A stretch of 64,000 nucleotides of DNA from Patescibacteria group bacterium (GTDB lineage Bacteria > Patescibacteriota > Minisyncoccia > Phycocordibacterales > EsbW-18), in NCBI GenBank assembly GCA_038063815.1, contig JBBTUJ010000003.1, positions 12,965-76,964 of the forward strand, read 5' to 3'. The notes beneath the pieces are model-generated. The model was not told the origin of the DNA and searched no databases. It saw only the letters and a program-made list of their open reading frames with translations. This document shows, piece after piece, positions 55,664 to 64,000 of this stretch; position 1 is the stretch's first letter; each line of letters opens with the position of its first letter. A program made the translations under genes and the position numbers.

Positions 55664-56473
55664 GTGACAATTCTTTCTAAGAAAAACAAAAGTGTCGATG
55701 TTATTGTCATTCTTTGTTTGACTCTTGTTGGGTTTGGGCTTGCGTGGTTAGCACAGGGAACCTTATTAGGAAGGCCGCTTTTGTCATGGGGACTTTTTAT
55801 AGTACTGCCGGTAGTTGTGTACCTTTCTTTCAGGAAAAAGAAACCATTTGAGTACATTGCGATGGGTACGTTTGTTATCGGTTTTGTTTTTTCTCTCGTC
55901 CTTGAGACCTTGGCAGAATTTAATGGGGCGTGGCACGTGGCTGACACTGTGTTTTCCTACCGATTTCCTGGAGGGGCTTCTTTGGACGCAATTCTTGGAT
56001 ACGTCCTCATGACATTTCTTACGCTTGTTATATACGAACATTTTCTTGACCGTCCACATAGAGGAAGGGTCAAATTTGTGCCCCGAAGGCTTGCAATGGC
56101 CCTCGTCCCATCAACCCTTGTGGTAATGACCCTTTTTGTTTTAACAGAGATCGCCCCTGAAATCATTTCTGTTTCGTATCTTTACGCGATAGCTGGTCCG
56201 GCAGCAATTGTGTTTCCACTGATTGTTGGGTTTAGAGAACCGACCTTGTATTCAAGGATGGTCAAGATCATGCCATATTTCTTTTTTATTTATCTCGTTT
56301 CTGAATACTTCGCAGTAACATTTTCTTGGTGGACATATCCAAGTGGAGAATATATAGGATATGTTTCTCTCGCCGGCGTGTCGTTTCCTATAGAGGAACT
56401 GCTTTTTTGGATGTTATTCTACGCGGCTTCTATTGTTGTCTATTACGAAGAATATATTGATGATGACAAGTAA
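55664..56473 (+). CDS. Polytopic membrane protein (lycopene-cyclase-domain-like repeat)
   Basis: About 8 TM, WWTYP..YIG..FPIEELLFW. Confidence 0.55.
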   Translation: MTILSKKNKSVDVIVILCLTLVGFGLAWLAQGTLLGRPLLSWGLFIVLPVVVYLSFRKKKPFEYIAMGTFVIGFVFSLVLETLAEFNGAWHVADTVFSYRFPGGASLDAILGYVLMTFLTLVIYEHFLDRPHRGRVKFVPRRLAMALVPSTLVVMTLFVLTEIAPEIISVSYLYAIAGPAAIVFPLIVGFREPTLYSRMVKIMPYFFFIYLVSEYFAVTFSWWTYPSGEYIGYVSLAGVSFPIEELLFWMLFYAASIVVYYEEYIDDDK

Positions 56474-56567
56474 TACGTTGAGGAATTTGCTTAGTCCGAC
56501 GAGTTTGTGTGGGGGTGGTGTCCGTGTATACTTTCTATAAGAAATTAGAACCTAAAATATCTTCCAT

Positions 56568-57485
56568 ATGAACTCACGTCGCACCATTTTCTTTTTTAGC
56601 ATCGCAGTCGCCCTTCTCTTTGGCGGAGCACTTTTTATCCCTCAAAACGCACGCGCAGCCGAAGCGTGCTCATTTACACGCGACCTCGGTCTTGGCGACA
56701 CGGGCGAAGACATCCGATGTCTCCAGCGATACCTGAACTCGGAAGGGTTTACCGTCGCTGACTCTGGTGTTGGATCTCCGGGGAACGAAACGAGTTTGTT
56801 CCGCGAGAAGACAGAAGATGCAGTACGCCGTTGGCAAGTAGCAAAACTCATCTCTCCTGCAACAGGGAACTGGGGACCTCTCTCGCGCGGTCTCTACGAG
56901 CGTTTGATTGTATCGCCCACACCAACTCCTACTCTCACCCCGACACCTGACCCAGAGCCAACACAAAGCACAGAAGAAAAAACAGCTCGCACGCGGCTTC
57001 TTGCGGCACTGAACGCAATCGAAGATGCAGAGAGTGATTTTGAAGACGCGGAAGATGATGACGCGGACACAGGTGATGCAGAGGACTTCATAGAAGATGC
57101 AAAAGATGAACTTTTTGACGCACTCCGTGCATTCATCGAAGAAGAATATGAAGAAGCGATTGACTTTGCGGACGGTGCCCGCGAACGAGCACACGATGCG
57201 CAGGACGAAATAGACAGTGATAGCAACAGTGATGGCGCGGACGAAGCAGATGCAGAAGAAGCGCTCGATGACGCGGACCAAATGATTGAAGACGCAGAGG
57301 ACGAAGTCGCAGAAGCAGAAGATGATGGAGAAGACACCGGCAACGCAGAAGATCTCCTCGACGAGGCAAACGACCTTCTTGATGACGCTGAGGAAGCATT
57401 TGATGCCGAAGATTGGGATGAGGTAATAGACCTTGCAAACGAAATTGAAGATCTCGTCGACGAAGCACTCGATTCAATTGACTAA
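56568..57485 (+). CDS. Secreted peptidoglycan-binding protein with extremely acidic helical tail
   Basis: FTRDLGLGDTGEDIRCLQRYLN, TEDAVRRWQ, G.WGP.SR; PT linker; D/E/A-rich repeats. Confidence 0.8.
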   Translation: MNSRRTIFFFSIAVALLFGGALFIPQNARAAEACSFTRDLGLGDTGEDIRCLQRYLNSEGFTVADSGVGSPGNETSLFREKTEDAVRRWQVAKLISPATGNWGPLSRGLYERLIVSPTPTPTLTPTPDPEPTQSTEEKTARTRLLAALNAIEDAESDFEDAEDDDADTGDAEDFIEDAKDELFDALRAFIEEEYEEAIDFADGARERAHDAQDEIDSDSNSDGADEADAEEALDDADQMIEDAEDEVAEAEDDGEDTGNAEDLLDEANDLLDDAEEAFDAEDWDEVIDLANEIEDLVDEALDSID

Positions 57486-57494
57486 GCACTAGAC

Positions 57495-58145
57495 GTGAAT
57501 CAATACGATTCAATAGGAGAAGAATATACCCGACAGCAACGAGAGTTCTTCGCGGGCTCTCTTGATTGGCCTCGCGAAAAAATCAGGAAACACCTTGTAG
57601 ACATAAGGGATAAAAAGATCCTGGACATAGGGTGTGGGGGCGGGGATGATATGGTTTGGTGTCAGGAGCAGGGCGCAGATGTCTACGGTATCGATCCCTC
57701 TGAAAAGATGCTTGATCTTGCGCGTGAAAAAATCGCCGACACAACGAGGGTACAGAGTGGTGGATACACGGATATCCCATTCCCCGACAGCTCTTTTGAT
57801 TTTGTTTTCGGGAGATTCTCGCTTCACTACCTCCCCACGTTTGAAGACGCATATCGAGAAGTTGCGCGCGTTATGAAACCCGGGGGTATCTTGTTGGAAA
57901 CTGTAAATCATCCCACATTCGATGTGTTTGCACTCGAAGGGGTGACAGACAAATCTCTCATCACCCTAAAGCTTTTCAATGGAAAGGTTACGATTCAGTT
58001 TCCTCCGCATACGCTCAAGGATTATTTCTCAGATACCTTCTTCCGCTTGTTTGATTTACAGGAGATAGACGAATCAGAGTCAGTTGATGCCGAAAATCCG
58101 CGTAACCTTCCAGAAACACTTTTTTTCATGGCGCAAAGAAGGTAA
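57495..58145 (+). CDS. Class I SAM-dependent methyltransferase
   Basis: ILDIGCGGG, GIDPS, PFPDSSFD, RVMKPGG. Confidence 0.9.
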   Translation: MNQYDSIGEEYTRQQREFFAGSLDWPREKIRKHLVDIRDKKILDIGCGGGDDMVWCQEQGADVYGIDPSEKMLDLAREKIADTTRVQSGGYTDIPFPDSSFDFVFGRFSLHYLPTFEDAYREVARVMKPGGILLETVNHPTFDVFALEGVTDKSLITLKLFNGKVTIQFPPHTLKDYFSDTFFRLFDLQEIDESESVDAENPRNLPETLFFMAQRR

Positions 58146-58153
58146 ATGCTATT

Positions 58154-58657
58154 ATGAAAAACCACTTTCAAGGGAACTTTGTACATCCGCAGCACGTGTC
58201 CGTTGGGGCGGTTGTCGTGAACGAGAAAAAAGAGATTTGTTGTCACCACCTGTATGCGAAAGATATAAAGGGATACTGGAAAGAGGAAGGCCTCGACGAC
58301 TTCTACCTTCTCATGAGAGAAACAATACAGCCGAATGACTCTCTTGAAACCTCTCTTAACCGCGGTCTTCAAAAAGAGTTCGGTATAACCGCAACGCTCC
58401 GTGACTACGTCGGATCTATTCAGGGTTCTTTCACACACAAGGATGTCCCAATCCAAAAAACAACACTCTACTTTCTCTGCGACCTCGTGCAGCAAGATCT
58501 CTCGCTTCGGGATACATCTGATGTGGAGGGACAAACACAAGTGGAGTGGCAGACCGCGGACTTCCTCATTCCACGCATGAAAGCGCAGGCAGAAAAATTT
58601 GGTAGGACTGATATTGATGAGTCGTTTATACTTGAGCGAGTGCAAAAGATCTTATAA
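58154..58657 (+). CDS. NUDIX-like hydrolase
   Basis: HVSVGAVVVN, degenerate Nudix box ETSLNRGLQKEFG. Confidence 0.6.
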   Translation: MKNHFQGNFVHPQHVSVGAVVVNEKKEICCHHLYAKDIKGYWKEEGLDDFYLLMRETIQPNDSLETSLNRGLQKEFGITATLRDYVGSIQGSFTHKDVPIQKTTLYFLCDLVQQDLSLRDTSDVEGQTQVEWQTADFLIPRMKAQAEKFGRTDIDESFILERVQKIL

Positions 58658-58672
58658 ATCTAAATCATACAC

Positions 58673-58966
58673 ATGACCGAAGAATCTGAAGGGTATCTGG
58701 TAAAAGAAGGGATTGCATCTAATGAAGAAGCAGCATTCGAAGCTCTCAAGGAAATCCTTGCGATAAAAAGAGCAGAAGATCCGCTTGGTACACACGAAAA
58801 AACAGCAGATTTTTCAGCGGCGCTCATTCAAGAACTTTCGGATTCTGTTGTGCGAGGGACGCGCCTCTTTCACCTGCTTGCTTCGAGCACGCTTGAAGAG
58901 GGCGTGTCGTTACCATTCGATGTTCCGGGTGGGCGTATCAAAAAGTTTATTCGCGAGGAACTGTAA
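58673..58966 (+). CDS. Hypothetical protein
   Basis: 97-aa ORF in a co-directional run. Confidence 0.5.
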   Translation: MTEESEGYLVKEGIASNEEAAFEALKEILAIKRAEDPLGTHEKTADFSAALIQELSDSVVRGTRLFHLLASSTLEEGVSLPFDVPGGRIKKFIREEL

Positions 58967-59086
58967 CGTCAAAGGTTTTGCTTTCTTTGTACACACGATG
59001 TCTGAGTCGTTGGCTCTTCTTGCTGTGTCAGTATGCGCATATCCGTAGTGTATAATGCGCTTGTGTAAGACCGCATCCTCATTCGT

Positions 59087-59434
59087 ATGTCATCTGAATT
59101 ATTACTCAGCATCGGCGCACCCCTTCTTGGTTTCATCGTTTTCTTTGTTGTGCAGGCGGCAGGGTACACAAGCGAAAAGGTACTCACGCTTATTGCGGCA
59201 CTTTTTACAATAGTGATTCTTGTGACGAGCCCACATCGTGGAGAAGTTGCACTCTTTTGTGTGGGGCTTCTCCTAGGATTTTTTATTGAAGTCGACCTGC
59301 GACTTTTGGGTACACAGCAGGTGTGGGCAAAAGCATCACTGTTTGGTGTGCCGTACTGGCTTCCGCTGGTGTGGGGTATCGGGTTTGTTATTATTACTCG
59401 AATTGGCATCATTATTCGAAACCTTTCGCTATAA
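59087..59434 (+). CDS. Small membrane protein
   Basis: Four TM, LFGVPYWLPLVWG. Confidence 0.65.
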   Translation: MSSELLLSIGAPLLGFIVFFVVQAAGYTSEKVLTLIAALFTIVILVTSPHRGEVALFCVGLLLGFFIEVDLRLLGTQQVWAKASLFGVPYWLPLVWGIGFVIITRIGIIIRNLSL

Positions 59435-59443
59435 AAGAAACAT

Positions 59444-59995
59444 ATGGACATTTTTCCTCTACCACTTCTCCACACCCTCATTATTTGGGGGACCGTCGTT
59501 CTGCAGGTCGTCGCTGTTGTACTTTTTATTCTTTTGTTCACGCGTGAGACAAAGGTATCCCTGTGGGTTGGAAAAAACGCCCTCGCACTTTCGTTCATCC
59601 TTGTCCTCTCTGCAGTACTGGGTAGTCTGTACTACTCGGCGATTGTAGGAATTGTTCCCTGCGTGCTTTGTTGGTGGCAGAGGGTATTTATGGTCCCTTT
59701 GATATTTTTATTTGGGTCTGCGCTCTATCGCAAACAGACAGGCATGCTCTCGGGAGCGCGAATACTGTCTTTTGTTGGAGGTGGTATCGCTCTCTACCAC
59801 ATTCTTTTGCCGTTGTTTGAGAGTATCCCGGTTATCTGCGACGTTGCATCAACGGCATCGTGCATCGAACAGCCGATCATGGCTCTGGGGTACATCACCA
59901 TCCCCGTCATGTCTTTGACGGTGTTCATCATGCTCATCCTCTTTACTCTTCACGCTCGAAAAACTGCCGCTCTCCTTATTTCGGCAAAGTCATAA
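59444..59995 (+). CDS. dsbB: Disulfide bond formation protein DsbB/BdbC
   Basis: GSLYYS, PCVLCWWQRVFMVP, second Cys pair, GYITIP. Confidence 0.9.
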   Translation: MDIFPLPLLHTLIIWGTVVLQVVAVVLFILLFTRETKVSLWVGKNALALSFILVLSAVLGSLYYSAIVGIVPCVLCWWQRVFMVPLIFLFGSALYRKQTGMLSGARILSFVGGGIALYHILLPLFESIPVICDVASTASCIEQPIMALGYITIPVMSLTVFIMLILFTLHARKTAALLISAKS

Positions 59996-60061
59996 AAGTG
60001 CTATAATCAAAGACGTTAACGAGGTTAGCGGGTATTTACTAGTAGAATCAAAATTACATAC

Positions 60062-60775
60062 ATGACTCCAAAAACACTTTGGATAGGGCTTGTTATCGTC
60101 ATTATCCTCATCGGAGGTCTTTTCATCTTCCGCTCAAATGACGCGGACGACGCGGAGAACGCAACGACGACTCCGGCAACGACCACCAGTTCGACTGGTG
60201 GATCTACAGCAACGGGTGGAACTGGAGGTACAGCACAACCGGTCCTGGCCAACGGTACATATACCCTCGACACAGAAGAGAGTTTGATCACTTGGACAGG
60301 GAAGAAGCCCCTCGTTCTTGGGTATGAGGATACCGGCACATTCGCGATAAAGAGCGGTACCGTTAAGGTCAGCGACGGTGTGGTTGTTTCAGGAGAATTT
60401 TTCATCGACATGGACTCTCTCGTGGTCACCAAGACATCAAATACGAAAATTGGAATGGACAAGCTCGAGAACCACCTTCGTTCAACGGACTTTTTTGCAA
60501 TCGAAACATATCCGAATGCAAAATTTGTTCTCACGAGCGTCGTCAATGGACAAGTAACAGGCGATCTTACGATTAAGAACAAGACAGCACCGATTTCATT
60601 CCCGGCAGCGATCCGCTCAGAAAGCGAAACACGACTTGTTGCGCAGGCGGCTCTTGTAATGAATCGTGCAACATGGGATATCCGATACGGATCGGACACA
60701 TTCTTTGACAACTTGGGTGACAATTTAATTGCTGATGAGGTGCAGTTGAGTTTGAAACTCGTTGCGACGAAGTAA
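60062..60775 (+). CDS. YceI family lipid-binding protein
   Basis: S.ITWTG, IDMDSL, HLRSTDFF..ETYP.AKF, GDLTIK, RATWDIRYGS. Confidence 0.9.
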   Translation: MTPKTLWIGLVIVIILIGGLFIFRSNDADDAENATTTPATTTSSTGGSTATGGTGGTAQPVLANGTYTLDTEESLITWTGKKPLVLGYEDTGTFAIKSGTVKVSDGVVVSGEFFIDMDSLVVTKTSNTKIGMDKLENHLRSTDFFAIETYPNAKFVLTSVVNGQVTGDLTIKNKTAPISFPAAIRSESETRLVAQAALVMNRATWDIRYGSDTFFDNLGDNLIADEVQLSLKLVATK

Positions 60776-60810
60776 GTACGGACATACAGACATATCGCGG
60801 ACAGACGCGG

Positions 60811-60847
60811 AAAACACCACCGGCCTTCTGGGGCCGGTGGTGTTTTT
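60811..60847. terminator. Bidirectional terminator
   Basis: aaaacaccaccggcc-ttctgg-ggccggtggtgtttt. Confidence 0.85.
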
Positions 60848-60852
60848 ACGTC

Positions 60853-61110
60853 TCAAACGTGTTCGTTTATTGATTTGGCAAGAGCGATATCTTTTTCCGT
60901 CACCGTGTTTGTGCTGTGTGTCCACGTAACGACCTCAACAAACCCCCAACCAAAACGTATCTCGGGGTGATGGCCACATTCTTCCGCCACAACCGCAACC
61001 TTTTGAACAGTCTCAAAAGCGCTCTTAAAATCAAGCGTTTTAAACGTGCGCAGAATGCGAGTTCGATCCTCCGTATAGGTCCAGTAAGAAGGAAGCGGTT
61101 CGTCCGTCAT
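60853..61110 (-). CDS. Pterin-4-alpha-carbinolamine dehydratase
   Basis: DFKSAF, AEECGHHPEI, WTHS..VTEKDIALA. Confidence 0.9.
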   Translation of the reverse strand: MTDEPLPSYWTYTEDRTRILRTFKTLDFKSAFETVQKVAVVAEECGHHPEIRFGWGFVEVVTWTHSTNTVTEKDIALAKSINEHV

Positions 61111-61130
61111 ATAGGTATCTCCATGATATT

Positions 61131-61295
61131 AGAGTATATCTAAAAACCTTTCCCTGCCTACGCTGCACGATGGCTGGCTCCGACACGCTCGTCTCGACCT
61201 CACCGTACCACCGGTATGGCTCGGTCTCCGACTCGATGTCTCGCCGACGCCCTCGCGCGGCTCGGTTCGGGAACCCAGGTTTTCAGATATACTCT
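61131..61295. mobile_element. MITE-like element with 19-bp inverted ends carrying outward TATACT boxes
   Basis: agagtatatctaaaaacct / aggttttcagatatactct (1 mismatch), GC-rich core. Confidence 0.6.
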
Positions 61296-61332
61296 TCAGG
61301 AGGAATCATATTACCCCATAATTTTTCTACCT

Positions 61333-62196
61333 ATGTCTTTTACAGACAATCCGGAGGCAGGACGAGCGTTTAAATATGCAGGATGGCTTTTTGTCGTAGG
61401 CGCTATCTACCTTGCTCTCCTCGCGATCTCCACTATTAAGGAGTACCGCTACATTGGCGGCAATTATCCAAGCGCGAATGTAATCACCGTTTCGGGTGAA
61501 GGTGAAGTGTTTGCTGTTCCCGATATCGCGGAATTCAGCTTCTCTGTTGTTTCCGAAGCTACAACAGTCAAAGAAGCGCAAGATGAAGCGGCAACAAAGA
61601 TGAATGCAATCATCGCGTTCCTGAAAGAAAGCGACATTGAAGAAAAAGATATCCGAACGACATCGTACAGCGCAAACCCACGTTACGAATATGACAACAA
61701 CCCACGACCACTCCCGGCATATGATGCATCTGCTGGTGGATCTGCGGGTGTTGCGATGCCGGATTCGATCTCGTACTCCTATCCCTATCCAGGCAACCAA
61801 GTGCTTGTTGGATATGAGGTTCGCCAGAGTATTTCCGTTAAGGTTCGTGCCGCTGACGAGGCGGGAGAAATCCTTGATGGTGTAGGGGCGCTCGGTGCCA
61901 CAGATATGTACGGCCCGACGTTCACGATCGACGACGAAAGCAAACTCCAAGGTGAAGCGCGTGAAAAAGCGATTGAAGATGCACGTCAAAAAGCAAAGGA
62001 ACTCGCGGATGACCTCGATGTTCGATTGGTACGCATCGTCTCATTCTCTGAGAATGCTGGCGGTTGGTACCCCTATGCACGAGTGGAAATGAGCGCGCAG
62101 GCATATGACAAAGCAGAATCGGCGCCAGTTCCCGAACTTCCTCTCGGTGAGAATACAATTACCTCAATGGTGACGATCACCTACGAGATACGATAA
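61333..62196 (+). CDS. SIMPL/DUF541 family protein
   Basis: ITVSGEGEVFAVPDIA, AREKAIEDARQKAKELA, VTITYEI. Confidence 0.9.
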   Translation: MSFTDNPEAGRAFKYAGWLFVVGAIYLALLAISTIKEYRYIGGNYPSANVITVSGEGEVFAVPDIAEFSFSVVSEATTVKEAQDEAATKMNAIIAFLKESDIEEKDIRTTSYSANPRYEYDNNPRPLPAYDASAGGSAGVAMPDSISYSYPYPGNQVLVGYEVRQSISVKVRAADEAGEILDGVGALGATDMYGPTFTIDDESKLQGEAREKAIEDARQKAKELADDLDVRLVRIVSFSENAGGWYPYARVEMSAQAYDKAESAPVPELPLGENTITSMVTITYEIR

Positions 62197-62217
62197 AACG
62201 CACAAAGACCGAAAGAA

Positions 62218-62252
62218 CAAAACCACCACGAGCACTGCTCGCGGTGGTTTTG
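62218..62252 (+). terminator. Intrinsic terminator
   Basis: aaaaccaccacgagca-c-tgctcgcggtggtttt. Confidence 0.75.
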
Positions 62253-62265
62253 CCTTTGAAAATGC

Positions 62266-62404
62266 TACACCCGCACACTAACTTTTGTATTGTTGCAGCA
62301 GGAGACGAACCACTTTTTCTTAAGACGGAGTAAGGGAACACTTTTCGATTTTGCTATTAAACTACAACGTAATAACGCTATACAAAAGTTAGTGTGCGGG
62401 TATA
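62266..62404. mobile_element. MITE-like element with perfect 22-bp inverted repeats, TA-bounded
   Basis: acccgcacactaacttttgtat (62269-62290) / atacaaaagttagtgtgcgggt (62380-62401). Confidence 0.65.
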
Positions 62405-62454
62405 CTAAGGGTACGTTTCATTGTTTTCGTTCATTGTTCGTTGTTTGTTATTTC

Positions 62455-64000
62455 ATGCGCGTTGACACAAATGATTTCAAAAAGTTCCTGATCGAGACCA
62501 AGCTTGCGACCCACGCCAAGCTCGAAGATCTCGAGAAAATTGCCAAAGAGCGAAAAACGTCTCTCGAGGACATCGTCGTTTCCGAAGGTGTTCTCTCTGA
62601 AGACGACGCACGACGCGCAAAAGCACATGTCCTGGGCATTCCCTTTGTTGATCTTAAAGACCAAAAGGTTGATCTGGACACTCTCTCTCTTATCCCGGAG
62701 CCCATTGCGCGAAATAACAACATCATCGCGTACAACAAGACGTCGAAAGGTCTTGAAGTCGCCATGCTTGACGTCGAAGATCTCCAAGCAATCGACTTCG
62801 TCAAGAAAAAGACAGGCCTCACGATTCTTCCGCGTTTGACCGACACCGAATCGATTAAGCACGCACTCGTTCAGTACCAGAAAAGTTTGAAAGCGGAGTT
62901 CGGTGACATCATAAGCGCTGAAGCACAAGCATTGATCGCGGTCTCTGATACGCCCGCTGATGGAGAGGAGGTATCGGGAGAAGATCTGAAGAAGCTTGCC
63001 GAAGATCTTCCAATCGTTCGTATCGTTGACACGCTTATCAAACATGCGGTGGTGCAGGATGCATCAGACATTCACATTGAACCAATGGATAAGCAACTTT
63101 TGGTGCGGTATCGCATCGATGGACTTCTTCATGATGCAATGACACTTCCGAAGCAAGCCGCGTCCGGCATCAGTGCACGTATCAAAGTGCTCGCGAGTTT
63201 AAAACTTGATGAGAAGCGTCTTCCGCAGGACGGTCGTTTCAAGATTGACCTTGATGGAGAAAAAGTTTCGTTCCGTGTATCAACACTTCCGACATATTAC
63301 GGAGAAAAAACAGTCATGCGTATTTTGCGCGAAGGGGCATCCGGATTCACACTCGAGTCACTTGGTTTTCACGGTGAAGCCCTGGAAGCCCTTCATTGGG
63401 CCACGAAACAGGCGACCGGAATGATCTTGACCACAGGTCCTACAGGTTCAGGAAAGACGACGACGCTCTATACGATGCTTGATATTTTGAACACGCCGGA
63501 CGTGAACATCTCAACGGTTGAAGATCCTATCGAGTACCAAATGCAGCGCGTCAACCAAACGCAAGTAAAACCGGAGATTGGCATGACATTCGGGAATGGG
63601 CTTCGCTCCCTCGTTCGTCAGGACCCCGATATCATCATGGTTGGAGAGATCCGTGACACGGAAACGGCGTCTCTCGCTGTGAACGCTGCACTCACTGGTC
63701 ACCTTGTTCTCTCAACACTCCACACGAACTCCGCCGCAGGTGCTATCCCGCGCATGATCGACATGGATGTCGAACCGTTTCTCCTCGTGTCGACGATCAA
63801 GGTCATTATCGGACAGCGTCTTGTGCGGACACTTACCAAAGACAAGGAAGAGTATCACTTGAATAAAGATGAACTTACGGTTCTTGCAAAAAACGTGGAC
63901 TTGGATCGCACGCTCTCATTTTTAAAAAGAGAAAACCTGATTCCTGAAAAAGCAGATTGGAAGGACGTACCATTTTATCGTCCAAAAGCGGGTCCTGATG
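62455..64000 (+). CDS. Second GspE/PilB family ATPase (3' truncated by window edge; absent from ORF track)
   Basis: Read from sequence: ASDIHIEP, LPQDGRF, TGPTGSGKTTTLY, TVEDPIEY, RQDPDIIMVGEIRD, GHLVLSTLHTN. Confidence 0.93.
   Translation, partial: MRVDTNDFKKFLIETKLATHAKLEDLEKIAKERKTSLEDIVVSEGVLSEDDARRAKAHVLGIPFVDLKDQKVDLDTLSLIPEPIARNNNIIAYNKTSKGLEVAMLDVEDLQAIDFVKKKTGLTILPRLTDTESIKHALVQYQKSLKAEFGDIISAEAQALIAVSDTPADGEEVSGEDLKKLAEDLPIVRIVDTLIKHAVVQDASDIHIEPMDKQLLVRYRIDGLLHDAMTLPKQAASGISARIKVLASLKLDEKRLPQDGRFKIDLDGEKVSFRVSTLPTYYGEKTVMRILREGASGFTLESLGFHGEALEALHWATKQATGMILTTGPTGSGKTTTLYTMLDILNTPDVNISTVEDPIEYQMQRVNQTQVKPEIGMTFGNGLRSLVRQDPDIIMVGEIRDTETASLAVNAALTGHLVLSTLHTNSAAGAIPRMIDMDVEPFLLVSTIKVIIGQRLVRTLTKDKEEYHLNKDELTVLAKNVDLDRTLSFLKRENLIPEKADWKDVPFYRPKAGPD

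Noticed and set aside
56894-57343. Ser-rich minus-strand ORF
   Set aside because: Antisense reading of the acidic GAA/GAC/GCA-rich coding strand
55600-60000. Integron cassette array
   Set aside because: Small co-directional accessory genes, but no attC-like repeats or integrase seen
1-64000. CRISPR array, cas genes, rRNA, intact transposase or prophage
   Set aside because: No regularly spaced 25-45 bp repeats with unique spacers, and no recognisable cas, transposase, integrase or phage structural ORFs
1-64000. Alternative genetic code (TGA = Gly)
   Set aside because: Conserved genes such as dnaA end at TGA at the expected length and are not interrupted by in-frame TGA

Overview
Chromosomal origin region of a small-genome bacterium, most likely Patescibacteria/CPR (Parcubacteria-like). 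The taxonomy is inferred from gene content and CPR-type pilin/VirB4 genes; TGA is used as stop, so code 11. From left to right: a four-helix-bundle gene between inverted 7-bp tandem arrays; a VirB4/pilin (T4SS-like) cluster; yidC-rnpA-rpmH / dnaA-oriC-dnaN; housekeeping genes (PBP1A, tyrS, ruvC-yebC-ruvB, tsaE-NUDIX fusion, polA, holA, murE, ruvA, rpsT, ruvX, gmk, rluA, rplS); two GspE/PilB ATPases and a pilMNO(P)-like operon; seven tRNAs; an HNH gene overlapping tRNA-His; a ~10 kb CsoR/CopA copper and thiol-redox island; and accessory genes. The most interesting signals are non-coding. (1) Heptamer arrays occur both as a 'filled' unit around the four-helix-bundle gene (1-486) and as a near-identical 'empty' unit between pilM and pilN (34051-34140), and repeatedly abut -10 boxes. 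(2) Most genes show leaderless promoter architecture, while a few GC-rich solitary genes have full -35/-10 promoters and SD sites. (3) Several MITE-like long inverted repeats and tRNA-3'-anchored mini-insertions are present. A VirB2-like pilin also carries a putative LAS/M15 zinc-peptidase domain. All calls are by eye, without database searches.
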